DNA of 45,683 nucleotides from Candidatus Saganbacteria bacterium. GTDB lineage: Bacteria > Margulisbacteria > WOR-1 > O2-12-FULL-45-9 > XYB2-FULL-48-7. A model generated the notes under the pieces. The model had not been told where the DNA came from, ran no database searches, and saw nothing but the letters and a program-made list of their open reading frames with translations. Shown here piece after piece: positions 8,106 to 17,109 of this stretch. The stretch's first letter is position 1. The number at the start of each line of letters is the position of its first letter. The stretch spans positions 79,230-124,912 of the forward strand of contig JAFGHC010000030.1 of NCBI GenBank assembly GCA_016939335.1, given 5' to 3'. Both the position numbers and the translations under genes were made by a program.

Positions 8106-8897
8106 TCAGAAGGCGGCCGGAAGCCCCCGCCGCGCCGCCGCCTCGACCACCCGGGCGCCGGCCCAGAGCGCGTCGGCCGCGCCGAGCGCCGTAAAATGGC
8201 CCGACGGGTAGTAATTACCTTTGCGGTCGAGCACGGCGAAATCTTCCCCCGCCCCGTCAAAGGCCAGCCCAAGGTCGGCGCGGCTTTCTTTGATCTTGTT
8301 CCTCAAGTCAGCCAGATTTTCCTCGCGGGGCGCCGGCGCCAGCCCGCCGAAGAGAACGTCGCGCTCGGCGTGGATCTCTTCGACCGCGCAGCCGAGGCGC
8401 TGCAGCAGCCGGTCGAGGTAGCCGCGGGCCGAGCCGTAGAGCGGATCGATCACGAGCTTGGGCCTGGCTTTGCTGATCGCGTCGTAATCGAGGGCGACTT
8501 CCAGCGTTTTGAGATAGCGGTCGCGGGGGTTGAAACGCTCAAGGCCGGGCGCCTGCCGCCCCTTCTGCCGGCCGGGAAAAAATTTCAAGCCGCAGCGGTC
8601 GGCCGCCTCACCGCCGCCCGTGACCATCACCCCGCCGGCCAGCCCCCGGTCTTTAACGCTCCAGGCCAGGACCGGGGCCGGCAGGTCGCGTTCGGCCAGC
8701 AGGCAAGCGCAACCGGCCGCTGACAGGAGCTTAACGATCTCCTGGGCGAACCGGTCGGCCAGGAAACGGGCGTCGTAGCCGACGGCGACGGCCGACTGAG
8801 GCGGCAGCTCTTTGGCGATCTCCCGCGCGCGCTCCCTCACCCGCTCAAAAGTGAAGTCTTCAGAAATGACGGCGCTCCAGCCGTTCGGGCTTTTCAT
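8106..8897 (-). CDS. Truncated, catalytically degenerate phosphoglucomutase/phosphomannomutase homologue
   Basis: W.AVISEDFTF, VGYDARF, VIDPLYG and DLGLAFDG are present; TASHNP is replaced by TGGGEA and DGDGDR by DGAGED; only 263 aa. Confidence 0.75.
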   Translation of the reverse strand: MKSPNGWSAVISEDFTFERVRERAREIAKELPPQSAVAVGYDARFLADRFAQEIVKLLSAAGCACLLAERDLPAPVLAWSVKDRGLAGGVMVTGGGEAADRCGLKFFPGRQKGRQAPGLERFNPRDRYLKTLEVALDYDAISKARPKLVIDPLYGSARGYLDRLLQRLGCAVEEIHAERDVLFGGLAPAPREENLADLRNKIKESRADLGLAFDGAGEDFAVLDRKGNYYPSGHFTALGAADALWAGARVVEAAARRGLPAAF

Positions 8898-8928
8898 GAC
8901 CTGATCCTTTGAAAACTCAAGACTTGAT

Positions 8929-9015
8929 CGGAGGAGGGAGGATTCGAACCCCCGTTACCATTGCTGGTAAAGACGCTTTCGAGGCGTCCGCCTTCAACCA
9001 CTCGGCCACTCCTCC
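8929..9015 (-). tRNA. tRNA-Ser(CGA)
   Basis: Cloverleaf with anticodon arm GACGC-CTCGAAA-GCGTC, long variable arm, TTCGAAT T-loop; CCA not encoded. Confidence 0.95.
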
Positions 9016-9027
9016 ATCACAAACTCA

Positions 9028-9097
9028 TTCTTCGCCTTCACCCTCTCCTTAGAATTAAGGCGAAGAAGAAGAATTAAGGGATCCGCCTGCGGCGGAT
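9028..9097. repeat. Inverted repeats in the tRNA spacer
   Basis: TTCTTCGCCTT...AAGGCGAAGAA (9028-9067) and hairpin ATCCGCC-TGC-GGCGGAT (9081-9097). Confidence 0.6.
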
Positions 9098-9184
9098 CGG
9101 AGGGGGAGAGATTCGAACTCTCGGTACGGTTTCCCGTACACACACTTTCCAGGCGTGCTCCTTCAACCACTCGGACACCCCTCC
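9098..9184 (-). tRNA. tRNA-Ser(GGA)
   Basis: Anticodon arm CACGC-CTGGAAA-GTGTG, long variable arm, TTCGAAT T-loop. Confidence 0.95.
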
Positions 9185-9190
9185 GCAAAA

Positions 9191-9263
9191 TGCGCCAGAC
9201 AGGAATTGAACCTGCAACCCCTTCCTTCGCAGGGAAGTACTCTATCCATTGAGCTACTGGCGC
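9191..9263 (-). tRNA. tRNA-Arg(GCG)
   Basis: GCGCCAGTAGCTCAATGGATAGAGTA; anticodon arm CTTCC-CTGCGAA-GGAAG; T arm GCAGG-TTCAATT-CCTGT. Confidence 0.92.
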
Positions 9264-9381
9264 ACACGCATTTAAATAATAGCACAGAAATCGAAGGCGA
9301 AAAAGCCGCCCCGCAATGGCCTTTCCCGGCTGTTTGATGTATGATACCTCGCAACAAACACTAAAGAGGAGGAACAAGATC

Positions 9382-9960
9382 ATGAAAATCCAGATCATTA
9401 TCGGCAGCACCAGGCAGAACCGCTTCAGCGAAAAACCGGCCCGCTGGCTGTTCGCGCTCGCCCGCCAGCGCCGCGATTTCGAGACCGAACTGCTCGATCT
9501 GCGCGATTACCCTCTCCCCTTCTACGACGAACCGGTGCCGGCCATGATGATCAAGGGGAATTACACGAACGAGCTGGCCAGGAAATGGGCCAAAAAGGTC
9601 GGCGAGGGGGACGGCTACATCATCGTCACGCCCGAATACAACCACGGCTACCCGGCGGTGCTCAAGAACGCGCTCGATTACGTCTTCGATGAATGGAACG
9701 GAAAACCGGTGGCGTTCGTCAGCTACGGCGGCGTGCTGGGGGCGCGTTCGGTCCAGCAGCTCCAGGCGGTCGCCATCGAGCTCCGCCTGGTGCCGCTGGC
9801 AGCGGGCTTGCTGATCCCCCCGCAGATCTTCCGCGAAGCGGCAAAGAACGACCAGGTCAACGCGCTGTTCGAGCCGCTGACGCCGTTCGCCAACACCATG
9901 ATCAACGAGGTCGCCGAGTGGGCCAAGCAACTGCAGGCCGGCCGGCCAAAAGCTTCTTAG
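9382..9960 (+). CDS. NADPH-dependent FMN reductase
   Basis: IIIGSTRQNRFS, VTPEYNHGYPAVLKNALD, W.GKPVAFVSYGG..GAR; RBS GAGGAGG precedes ATG 9382. Confidence 0.93.
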   Translation: MKIQIIIGSTRQNRFSEKPARWLFALARQRRDFETELLDLRDYPLPFYDEPVPAMMIKGNYTNELARKWAKKVGEGDGYIIVTPEYNHGYPAVLKNALDYVFDEWNGKPVAFVSYGGVLGARSVQQLQAVAIELRLVPLAAGLLIPPQIFREAAKNDQVNALFEPLTPFANTMINEVAEWAKQLQAGRPKAS

Positions 9961-9961
9961 T

Positions 9962-11113
9962 TCATTTTTCCAGCAGCCGCCCGAGCAACGGCGGCGTGAT
10001 CAGCGTCGTCAGGAAGATCACGGCCAGCAGGGCGGCGTAGAGCGGCGCGTCAAAGAGGCAATGCGCCAGGCCGCAGGCCGCAAAGATCAGCCCGACCTCG
10101 CCCCGCGGCACCATCCCCACCCCGATCGCCAGCCGGTTCAGCCCGGGGCTGACGACAAACCCGCTGGCGATCTTGCCGGCGAGCGCCGCCGCCAGCAGGC
10201 AAAACGCCAAAAGCAGGACCGGCCAATTGGCCGGGACCAGCGGGTTAAAGACCGCGGCGTCGACCGCCGCTCCCATCATCACGAAAAAAACGGGGACAAA
10301 AATGGCGGCCAGCGGCCCGAGCCGCCGGGTGACGTATCCCTGGTGTTCGGTCCGGGAGAGGACCAGGCCGGCGGCAAAGGCGCCGACGATCGGCGCCAGG
10401 CCGATCAGCGCCGCCAGCCAGGCCATCGACAGGCAAAAGGCGCCGGCGAAACCGAACAGCAAGCCGCGGACGTTAAGCTGATGCACGAATTTCAGGAGCG
10501 GCCCGGCGTAGAGGTTGCCCAGGAGGAGCGAACCGCCCAGCCAGGCGGTCACCGTGGCCGTCAGCCGGAAGATATCGGACAGGGAAAACGCCCCCGCGGT
10601 CGCCAGGCCGACCACCGCCGCCAGGATGATCAGGCCGATGATGTCGTCAACCACCGCCGCGCCGATGACGATCCGCGCCTCTTTGTCCTTCAGCCGGCCC
10701 AGGTCGCGGAAGACCCGGACGGTGATGCCGATGCTGGTGGCGGTCAGCGTCGCGCCGATAAAGACCGCCTGCAGATCATTCAAACCGAAGCCGAGGGAAA
10801 GAAAATAACCGAGGACAAACGGGCAAACGACCCCGGCCAGAGCGACCAGCAGGGCCTGCAGCTTGACCTTCATGAAAGCGGGATAATCGGTGGCCAGGCC
10901 GGCCTCGAATAAAAGGATAATGGCGCCGAATTGCGCCAGCAGGTTGATGGTCTCGTTCGGCCTGACCCAGCCGAGCAGCGAAGCGCCGGTCACGACGCCG
11001 GCCGTCAGCTCGCCCAGCACCACCGGCTGTTTGAGCCGCCGGGCCAACGCCGCGCCCAGCCTGGCCGCGGCCAAAATGATCATCAGTTCCCAGAGAACGT
11101 TTGCCAGGTTCAC
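9962..11113 (-). CDS. Cation:proton antiporter (CPA2, KefB/NapA family)
   Basis: Multi-TM; QPVVLGEL, TATSIGIT, GAAVVDDIIG, GMVPRGEVGL. Confidence 0.92.
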   Translation of the reverse strand: MNLANVLWELMIILAAARLGAALARRLKQPVVLGELTAGVVTGASLLGWVRPNETINLLAQFGAIILLFEAGLATDYPAFMKVKLQALLVALAGVVCPFVLGYFLSLGFGLNDLQAVFIGATLTATSIGITVRVFRDLGRLKDKEARIVIGAAVVDDIIGLIILAAVVGLATAGAFSLSDIFRLTATVTAWLGGSLLLGNLYAGPLLKFVHQLNVRGLLFGFAGAFCLSMAWLAALIGLAPIVGAFAAGLVLSRTEHQGYVTRRLGPLAAIFVPVFFVMMGAAVDAAVFNPLVPANWPVLLLAFCLLAAALAGKIASGFVVSPGLNRLAIGVGMVPRGEVGLIFAACGLAHCLFDAPLYAALLAVIFLTTLITPPLLGRLLEK

Positions 11114-11118
11114 GGAAG

Positions 11119-13383
11119 TTATCGCCCGCCGGTCGTGATCCTTTCCTTTTTCGACAGCCAGAGCGCTAAAATAACCAGGGCGACGGAGACGCCGACGATC
11201 ACGCTTCTCACCGAAAGCGGGAAATTCATCAGCAGGAGCGGCAGGACCAGGAGCGAGACCAGGTTCATCACCTTGATCATCGGGTTGAGCGCGGGGCCGG
11301 CGGTGTCCTTGAACGGATCGCCGACGGTATCGCCGATCACGGCCGCCTTGTGCGCCTCGCTCCCTTTGCCGCCGTAGGCCCCCAGCTCCACGACCTTCTT
11401 GGCGTTGTCCCAGATGGCGCCCGCATTGGCCAGCAGGACGGCCAGCAGCTGGCCGACCAGGATCGAGCCGGCCAGATAGCCGCCGAGCGCCGCGGCGCCG
11501 AGGCCGAAACCGACGGCGATCGGGACAAAGATGCTGATCAGCGCCGGGCCGATCAGCTCTTTCTGCGCGGCGGCGGTGACGATGTCAACGCATTTGTTGT
11601 ACTCGGGCTTGTTCTTCCCCTCCATGAGCCCCGGGATCTCGCGGAACTGGCGCCTGACCTCTTCCACGACGAAGAACGCCGTCCGCCCGACCGCGTTGAT
11701 CAGGAGCGACGAAAAGAGGAACGGCACGGCGCCGCCGATCAGCAGGCCGACGAAAACGTCGGGCAGATCGACCTGGATGCCGGTGGCCAGCAGCCCCCCT
11801 TCGGCAATGAACGAACGGAAGAGCGCGATCGCCGCGATCACGGCGGTGGCGATGGCAAAACCCTTGGTCAAGGCCTTCGTCGTGTTGCCGACCGCGTCGA
11901 GGCGGGTGACGATCTCCTGGGCTTTCTTCCCCGCCCCCTGGTTCGCCCCCGACATTTCGAAAATGCCGTTGGCGTTGTCGGAGATCGGGCCGTAAGTGTC
12001 TTCCGCCAGGATGAAGCCGGTGGTGGTCAGCAGGCCGAGGCCGGCCAGCGCCACGCCGTAAGCCGAGAGGCCGACGTTGCCGCCGAAGATGGCGACCGAA
12101 GCGAAGATCGTGCCGGCGATGGCCACGATCGCCCAGACCGACGATTCCTTGGCCAGGGCGAAGCCGGTCAGCAGAACGGTGGCCGGACCGGTCTTGGTCG
12201 AATAGGCGGTGTCCTTGACCGGCCGGTTCTCGGTGTGGGTGAAGTAGTTGGTGATCCACTCGATGACGATCGCCAGGATAATGCCGGTCAGCGTGGCAAA
12301 GAAGAAGCGCCAGTCGGGGTTGCCGGTGGCCGGGTCCTTGAGATAAAAGAAGTTGACCAAGCCGAAACCGATGGTGGCGGTCACGGCCGAAACGTAAAAG
12401 CCGACGTTGATCGGCTTCATCGGGTCGCCGATCTCGTCGCCGTCCCGCCCCCTGACCGACCAGGTGCCGATGATCGAAGCGAAAACGCCGACGGCGCGGA
12501 CCAGCAGCGGGTAGATGATGAGCTTGAGCGCCATGGCCGAAGCGGCGGCCATGCCCCCGTAAAGAGTGACGAACCCGTTGTCCAGCAGCACGCCGGCGCC
12601 GAGGATGATCGCCGCCACCAGCGTGACCTCGTAACTCTCGAAGACGTCGGCCGCCATCCCGGCGCAGTCACCGACGTTGTCGCCGACGTTGTCGGCGATG
12701 ACCGCCGCGTTGCGCGGGTCGTCCTCGGGAATGTTCTTCTCGACCTTGCCGACGAGGTCAGCCCCGACGTCAGCCGCTTTGGTGAAGATGCCGCCGCCGA
12801 TCCTCATGAAGAGAGCGACCAGCGAGCCGCCGAAGCCGAAGCCGATCAGGACCTTCATCGCGTCCTGCTTGAAGATCATGAAGATGATCGTGGCGCCCAG
12901 CAGGCCGAAACCGACGGTGAACATGCCCGAGACCGTGCCGGCCTGGAAGGCGATCTCCAGCGCCTTCTTGTAGCTGGTCAGCGCGGCGTGAGCCACGCGG
13001 GTGTTGGCGCGCACCGCCAGGCTCATCCCGACGAAACCGGCCCCGGCCGAAGCGAGCGAACCGAGCAGAAAAGCGACCGCGATCCCGAGCGGCAAACCGG
13101 AACTGACCGGGTAAACCCTGATGTACATTAAATAAAGGGCCACGGCCAGGACCACGAGGAAAACGCCCATGACCTTGAACTGGCGCGCCAGATAGGCGTC
13201 GGAGCCTTCCCTGATCGCCTGCGAGACCGCGATCATCTCTTTCGACCCTTCGGGCTCTTTCAACACCTTCCAGGCCAGGAACGCGCCATAAAGGAGCGCC
13301 ACGAGCGCGGAAGCGAAGACGAACCAGAGGAGATTATTTTCGAGCAGGCCTAACGCGGGCAGGACGATCGTTGATTCGGACAT
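11119..13383 (-). CDS. hppA: Membrane-bound H+-translocating pyrophosphatase, K+-independent type
   Basis: GGGIFTKAADVGADLVGKVE, EDDPRN, DNVGDNVGD, GNTTKA, GDTVGDPFKDTAGP. Confidence 0.95.
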   Translation of the reverse strand: MSESTIVLPALGLLENNLLWFVFASALVALLYGAFLAWKVLKEPEGSKEMIAVSQAIREGSDAYLARQFKVMGVFLVVLAVALYLMYIRVYPVSSGLPLGIAVAFLLGSLASAGAGFVGMSLAVRANTRVAHAALTSYKKALEIAFQAGTVSGMFTVGFGLLGATIIFMIFKQDAMKVLIGFGFGGSLVALFMRIGGGIFTKAADVGADLVGKVEKNIPEDDPRNAAVIADNVGDNVGDCAGMAADVFESYEVTLVAAIILGAGVLLDNGFVTLYGGMAAASAMALKLIIYPLLVRAVGVFASIIGTWSVRGRDGDEIGDPMKPINVGFYVSAVTATIGFGLVNFFYLKDPATGNPDWRFFFATLTGIILAIVIEWITNYFTHTENRPVKDTAYSTKTGPATVLLTGFALAKESSVWAIVAIAGTIFASVAIFGGNVGLSAYGVALAGLGLLTTTGFILAEDTYGPISDNANGIFEMSGANQGAGKKAQEIVTRLDAVGNTTKALTKGFAIATAVIAAIALFRSFIAEGGLLATGIQVDLPDVFVGLLIGGAVPFLFSSLLINAVGRTAFFVVEEVRRQFREIPGLMEGKNKPEYNKCVDIVTAAAQKELIGPALISIFVPIAVGFGLGAAALGGYLAGSILVGQLLAVLLANAGAIWDNAKKVVELGAYGGKGSEAHKAAVIGDTVGDPFKDTAGPALNPMIKVMNLVSLLVLPLLLMNFPLSVRSVIVGVSVALVILALWLSKKERITTGGR

Positions 13384-13401
13384 GATTTACCCCTTTCTTA
13401 T

Positions 13402-13519
13402 AATGTCAAATTTCCAATGACAAATGTCAAATGGTTGTGTGCCTTCGGCACGCTATTTTGATAATGTCCGCCGAAAGCAGATACATTCATTTGTCATTTT
13501 TAATCGGTCATTTGTCATT
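13402..13519. repeat. Inverted heptamer-repeat element (AATGACA/TGTCATT arms) with internal hairpins
   Basis: Left arm AATGTCA AATTTCC AATGACA AATGTCA; right arm TCATT TGTCATT...GGTCATT TGTCATT; internal GTGCC-TTC-GGCAC. Confidence 0.75.
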
Positions 13520-13544
13520 ATAGGGTATGTTATACTTTAATTCA

Positions 13545-14123
13545 ATGTTCATCATCACCGAGCGGCAATACAATATAATCATGCAGCAGGCGCAGGCCTG
13601 CTACCCGCAGGAATCGGGCGGCTTTCTGGGCGGGCGGGACAATACCATCCTCGGCGTCCTGCCAATCCCCAATAAACATCTCTATGACCGGACCGGAACG
13701 TTCGCCCTGTCCGACGACGACATCGACACCGCTTACCGTTTTCTCGTCAAACACAAATTAGAGTACCTGGGCGTCTACCACAGCCATCCGCGCGGCATCC
13801 CCTATCCTTCCGAACAGGACCTCGCCCATCACCAGAAGTATCTCTTTATCGTCGGCCTGCAGGACCGCTACAATCCCGATCTCTACGCCTGGCGGGTGGA
13901 GAACGGCAAGGTCTATCAGGAAGACATCAAGATCATCAGCGACATCGGCGTCACCGTCATCGATATCAAGACCGGCAAACCGCAATTATCGGAAAGCGCC
14001 GGCCGGGGCCAGCTGGACCGGCTGGCCGAAATGATCGATGAGATCATCGCCGGAGAATGCCCGGCCTATCCCAAACTCGACCCCAAGAACTGGGACGCCT
14101 CAACTTTTAGCACGCTGGCCTGA
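13545..14123 (+). CDS. JAB/MPN+ (Mov34) metalloprotease domain protein with C-terminal extension
   Basis: YPQESGGFL and YHSHP....PS..D (JAMM motif); start placed at ATG 13545 after TGtTATACT. Confidence 0.85.
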   Translation: MFIITERQYNIIMQQAQACYPQESGGFLGGRDNTILGVLPIPNKHLYDRTGTFALSDDDIDTAYRFLVKHKLEYLGVYHSHPRGIPYPSEQDLAHHQKYLFIVGLQDRYNPDLYAWRVENGKVYQEDIKIISDIGVTVIDIKTGKPQLSESAGRGQLDRLAEMIDEIIAGECPAYPKLDPKNWDASTFSTLA

Positions 14124-14125
14124 AC

Positions 14126-16090
14126 TCACTCGTATCTCAAGGCGATGATCGGCAGGAGCCGGGCCGCGCGCAGGGCCGGCCAGAGGCCGAAGATGATCCC
14201 CGTCAGGATCGAAAAAGTCAGCGCCAGAACGATCGAACCGGTGGAGATCAGCACATTCCAGCCGGCAAAGACCGAGATCGCGACGGAAATAAGCGAGCCC
14301 AGCGCGATCCCCAGCAAGCCGCCCAGGACGCAGATCAGCGTCGCCTCGATCAGGAACTGCAGCATAATGTCGAAATTCTCCGCCCCGAGCGCCTTGCGCA
14401 GGCCGATCTCGCGCGTCCGCTCGATCACCATCACCAGCATGATGTTCATGATGCCGATGCCGCCGACCAGGAGCGAGACCGCCGCGATCGAGCCGAGGAG
14501 GATGGTGAACGTGCTGGCCATTTCGGTTATGGCCGCCTGTATTTCCGCCATATTGCGGACGCTGATATTTTCCATCTGGCTGTCGGTCATGCGGTGCAGT
14601 TTGCCGATGACGGGAACGATCGCGGCCTGGACCGCCGGGAGGGCGGCGGCATCGGCCACCTGAACGTCAAACCGGCGGATGTAATCCTCGCCCAGCAAGC
14701 GGTACATGGCGGTCTTGACCGGCACGATGATCTGATCATCGTTATTTTGCGGGCCGCTCGACCCTTTTTCCGGCAGGACCCCGACAACGGTAAAACTGAT
14801 CCGGTTGATCCGGACCGACTGGCCGAGCGGACTGGCCCCGCCGAACAGCTCGTCGACCACGGTCTTGCCCAGCACGGCGACTTTGGCCCGGGCGTTGTTC
14901 TCCTCCTCGGTGAAAAACCTGCCGGTGACCGGCACGGAATTGCGGACAAACTGGTAATCGGTGGAAGTGCCGACGATCGAAGTGTTCCAATTCCTGTTCT
15001 GCGCCACGACCTGCGCCCGGCCGGAAACGTTCGGCGCGACCCGGCTCACGCCCTCCAGCCGCTTAAGGGCGGCCAGGTCCTCGAACGTGAAGCGGGTCGG
15101 CGAGGCAGACGCCCCCAACGAGACCCCCTGCTGGCGGAACGAAGCCGAAACCATCAATAAATTCGACCCCATAGAGGACATGGTCTTTTCCACCGATCTC
15201 TTCGCTCCCGTGCCGATCGCCAGCATGGCGATGACCGCCGCCACGCCGATCAGCACGCCGAGGATCGAGAGGAAAGAGCGCAATTTGTTTGACAGGAGCG
15301 TCACTCCCGCCTCAAAAATATAATTACCCACTCCGGAGAGCGTCAGCGATCTGCGGTGTTGCGCCTGTTGCAATCTGGCCGCCGGGAGCTCCACGACCGG
15401 CCGGGTCTCTTTCCTGGTATCGGAAACAATCCTGCCGTCAGAGAGCAAGAGCTGACGGGTGGCGGCCTGGGCCAGGTCCGGCTCGTGAGTTACCATGATA
15501 ATGGTGTTGCCCTGCCGGTTCAGCTCTTTCAATATCCCGATGATCTCTCCGGCCGATCTCGAATCGAGGTTGCCGGTCGGTTCGTCAGCCAGGATAACCA
15601 GCGGTTTATTGGCCAGCGCCCGGGCGACCGCCACGCGCTGCTGCTGCCCGCCGGACAGCTGGTTGGGGCGGTGATTGAGCCTGTCCCCCAACCCGATCTG
15701 CCGCAGGGTCGAAACCACCCGGGCGCGGTCAGCCGTGCCCGCTTCAGCCGAATAAATGAAAGGGAGCGCGGCATTCTCGGTCACGTTCAGGCGCGGCAGG
15801 AGATTGAACATCTGAAAGACGAAACCGAAGAAATGGTTGCGCAGGCGGGCGTATTCGTTGTCGGTCAGGCGGCTGATCTCCTTGTCCAGCAACTTATATT
15901 CGCCGCTGTCGGCCTTGTCCAGCAGGCCGAGGATGGCGAGCAGGGTCGATTTGCCGGAGCCGGACGGCCCCATGATCGCCAGGAACTCACCCGGCTCGAT
16001 CGTCAGTGAAACCTTGTTGAGCGCGTGGACCGGCAGGCCGTCGCCGATGATATAGGTTTTGGCAATATCCTTCAGCTCGATCAGCGGCAT
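14126..16090 (-). CDS. macB: MacB-family ABC transporter (fused ATPase and permease)
   Basis: [46 protein letters not shown]...[14 protein letters not shown]. Confidence 0.92.
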   Translation of the reverse strand: MPLIELKDIAKTYIIGDGLPVHALNKVSLTIEPGEFLAIMGPSGSGKSTLLAILGLLDKADSGEYKLLDKEISRLTDNEYARLRNHFFGFVFQMFNLLPRLNVTENAALPFIYSAEAGTADRARVVSTLRQIGLGDRLNHRPNQLSGGQQQRVAVARALANKPLVILADEPTGNLDSRSAGEIIGILKELNRQGNTIIMVTHEPDLAQAATRQLLLSDGRIVSDTRKETRPVVELPAARLQQAQHRRSLTLSGVGNYIFEAGVTLLSNKLRSFLSILGVLIGVAAVIAMLAIGTGAKRSVEKTMSSMGSNLLMVSASFRQQGVSLGASASPTRFTFEDLAALKRLEGVSRVAPNVSGRAQVVAQNRNWNTSIVGTSTDYQFVRNSVPVTGRFFTEEENNARAKVAVLGKTVVDELFGGASPLGQSVRINRISFTVVGVLPEKGSSGPQNNDDQIIVPVKTAMYRLLGEDYIRRFDVQVADAAALPAVQAAIVPVIGKLHRMTDSQMENISVRNMAEIQAAITEMASTFTILLGSIAAVSLLVGGIGIMNIMLVMVIERTREIGLRKALGAENFDIMLQFLIEATLICVLGGLLGIALGSLISVAISVFAGWNVLISTGSIVLALTFSILTGIIFGLWPALRAARLLPIIALRYE

Positions 16091-16092
16091 CG

Positions 16093-17109
16093 TTACCTGC
16101 TCCGGCGACCGCCGAAGGGATTGAACAGTCCGCCGCGCCGCGGGCGGGCGAGCAAAGCGGTCGCCGTTGCGGCGTCAGGAACGGTCACTTCGTCGCCCTC
16201 GGACAGGCCGGACAGTATCCCAACGTCGCTGCCGTTATCCTGCCCGGTCGTGACCCGCTTCGGCTGCAATTGATCGTCCTTGTCCCTGACAAAAACATAA
16301 GACTGGCCGTTCTGTTTCCTGACCGCCTTGAGCGGCAGGAGCAGGACGCTGCGTTCGCTCCGCTGCGCAAAGTTGACCGTGGCGCTCATGCCGGAGCGGA
16401 AGTAAGCCGGCACAGCGTCCGGCAGGACATAGACCTGGTAGATGGTGACGTTGTTGATGACCTGCGATTCGTACTCAATGCTCTCGACCGCCGCCTCGGT
16501 CTTCTGATCGGGATAAGCATCAAGGACGATCATCGCCCCCTGCCCGGCCTTGATCTTGCCGATGTCGGTCTCGTCGACCTGCGCCTTGACGATCAGCTTG
16601 TCGGCCATGACCATGATCGGGTCGGCCGCGGTAAAGCTCTGCCCCGGCTCAAAATTGCTCAGGACGATAAAACCGTTGATCGGCGCGATGACCGGCGCCG
16701 GTTTATAAACATCCTCCCAATATTCGATCTCCGCCGCCCCTTTGGCGCGGGCCGCGTCGAGCAGCGCGGCGCGGTCGCTGGAGCTGATCCAGGCCAGCAC
16801 CTGCCCCTTCCTGACGTTCGCTCCCTCCTTGACCAGAACCCGCTCGATCCGGCCGGCAAACGGGGGCTTGATCTCCAGGCGGTTGCGCGGAGTGACGACG
16901 CCGGTCGAAGGGATGAAGGCGGCCAGTTCGCCGCGCGCGACCTTCACCACCTCAAATTTTTTCTCCTTCTGCTGCCCGGCGCAACCCGACAAAACAACAA
17001 GCATCAAAAAACAAACAACAAACAATCCCAAAATCCCCAATCTAAACATTAAAACATTTAGTATTTTGATATTGTTTGTGATTTGTGATTTGTTATTTGT
17101 TATTTTCAT
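16093..17109 (-). CDS. MacA-like periplasmic adaptor (efflux membrane fusion protein), probable lipoprotein
   Basis: LSGC lipobox, GRIERVLVKEG..VRKGQVL, VDETDIGKIK.GQ, GLSEGDEV; lies between tolC and macB. Confidence 0.88.
   Translation of the reverse strand: MKITNNKSQITNNIKILNVLMFRLGILGLFVVCFLMLVVLSGCAGQQKEKKFEVVKVARGELAAFIPSTGVVTPRNRLEIKPPFAGRIERVLVKEGANVRKGQVLAWISSSDRAALLDAARAKGAAEIEYWEDVYKPAPVIAPINGFIVLSNFEPGQSFTAADPIMVMADKLIVKAQVDETDIGKIKAGQGAMIVLDAYPDQKTEAAVESIEYESQVINNVTIYQVYVLPDAVPAYFRSGMSATVNFAQRSERSVLLLPLKAVRKQNGQSYVFVRDKDDQLQPKRVTTGQDNGSDVGILSGLSEGDEVTVPDAATATALLARPRRGGLFNPFGGRRSR
17006..17109. repeat. Inverted heptamer-repeat element spanning the N-terminus of the MacA-like CDS
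   Basis: TTTGTGA TTTGTGA TTTGTTA TTTGTTA (17075-17102), with an opposing ACAAACA-type arm near 17006-17045. Confidence 0.65.

Noticed and set aside
8994..9410. ORFs of 138, 60 and 64 aa over the tRNA cluster
   Set aside because: They overlap three well-formed tRNA genes and have no protein motifs
11350..13131. Long antisense ORFs (for example 593 aa opposite hppA and 511 aa opposite DUF1846)
   Set aside because: Expected stop-poor shadow frames in GC-rich coding DNA; no recognisable motifs
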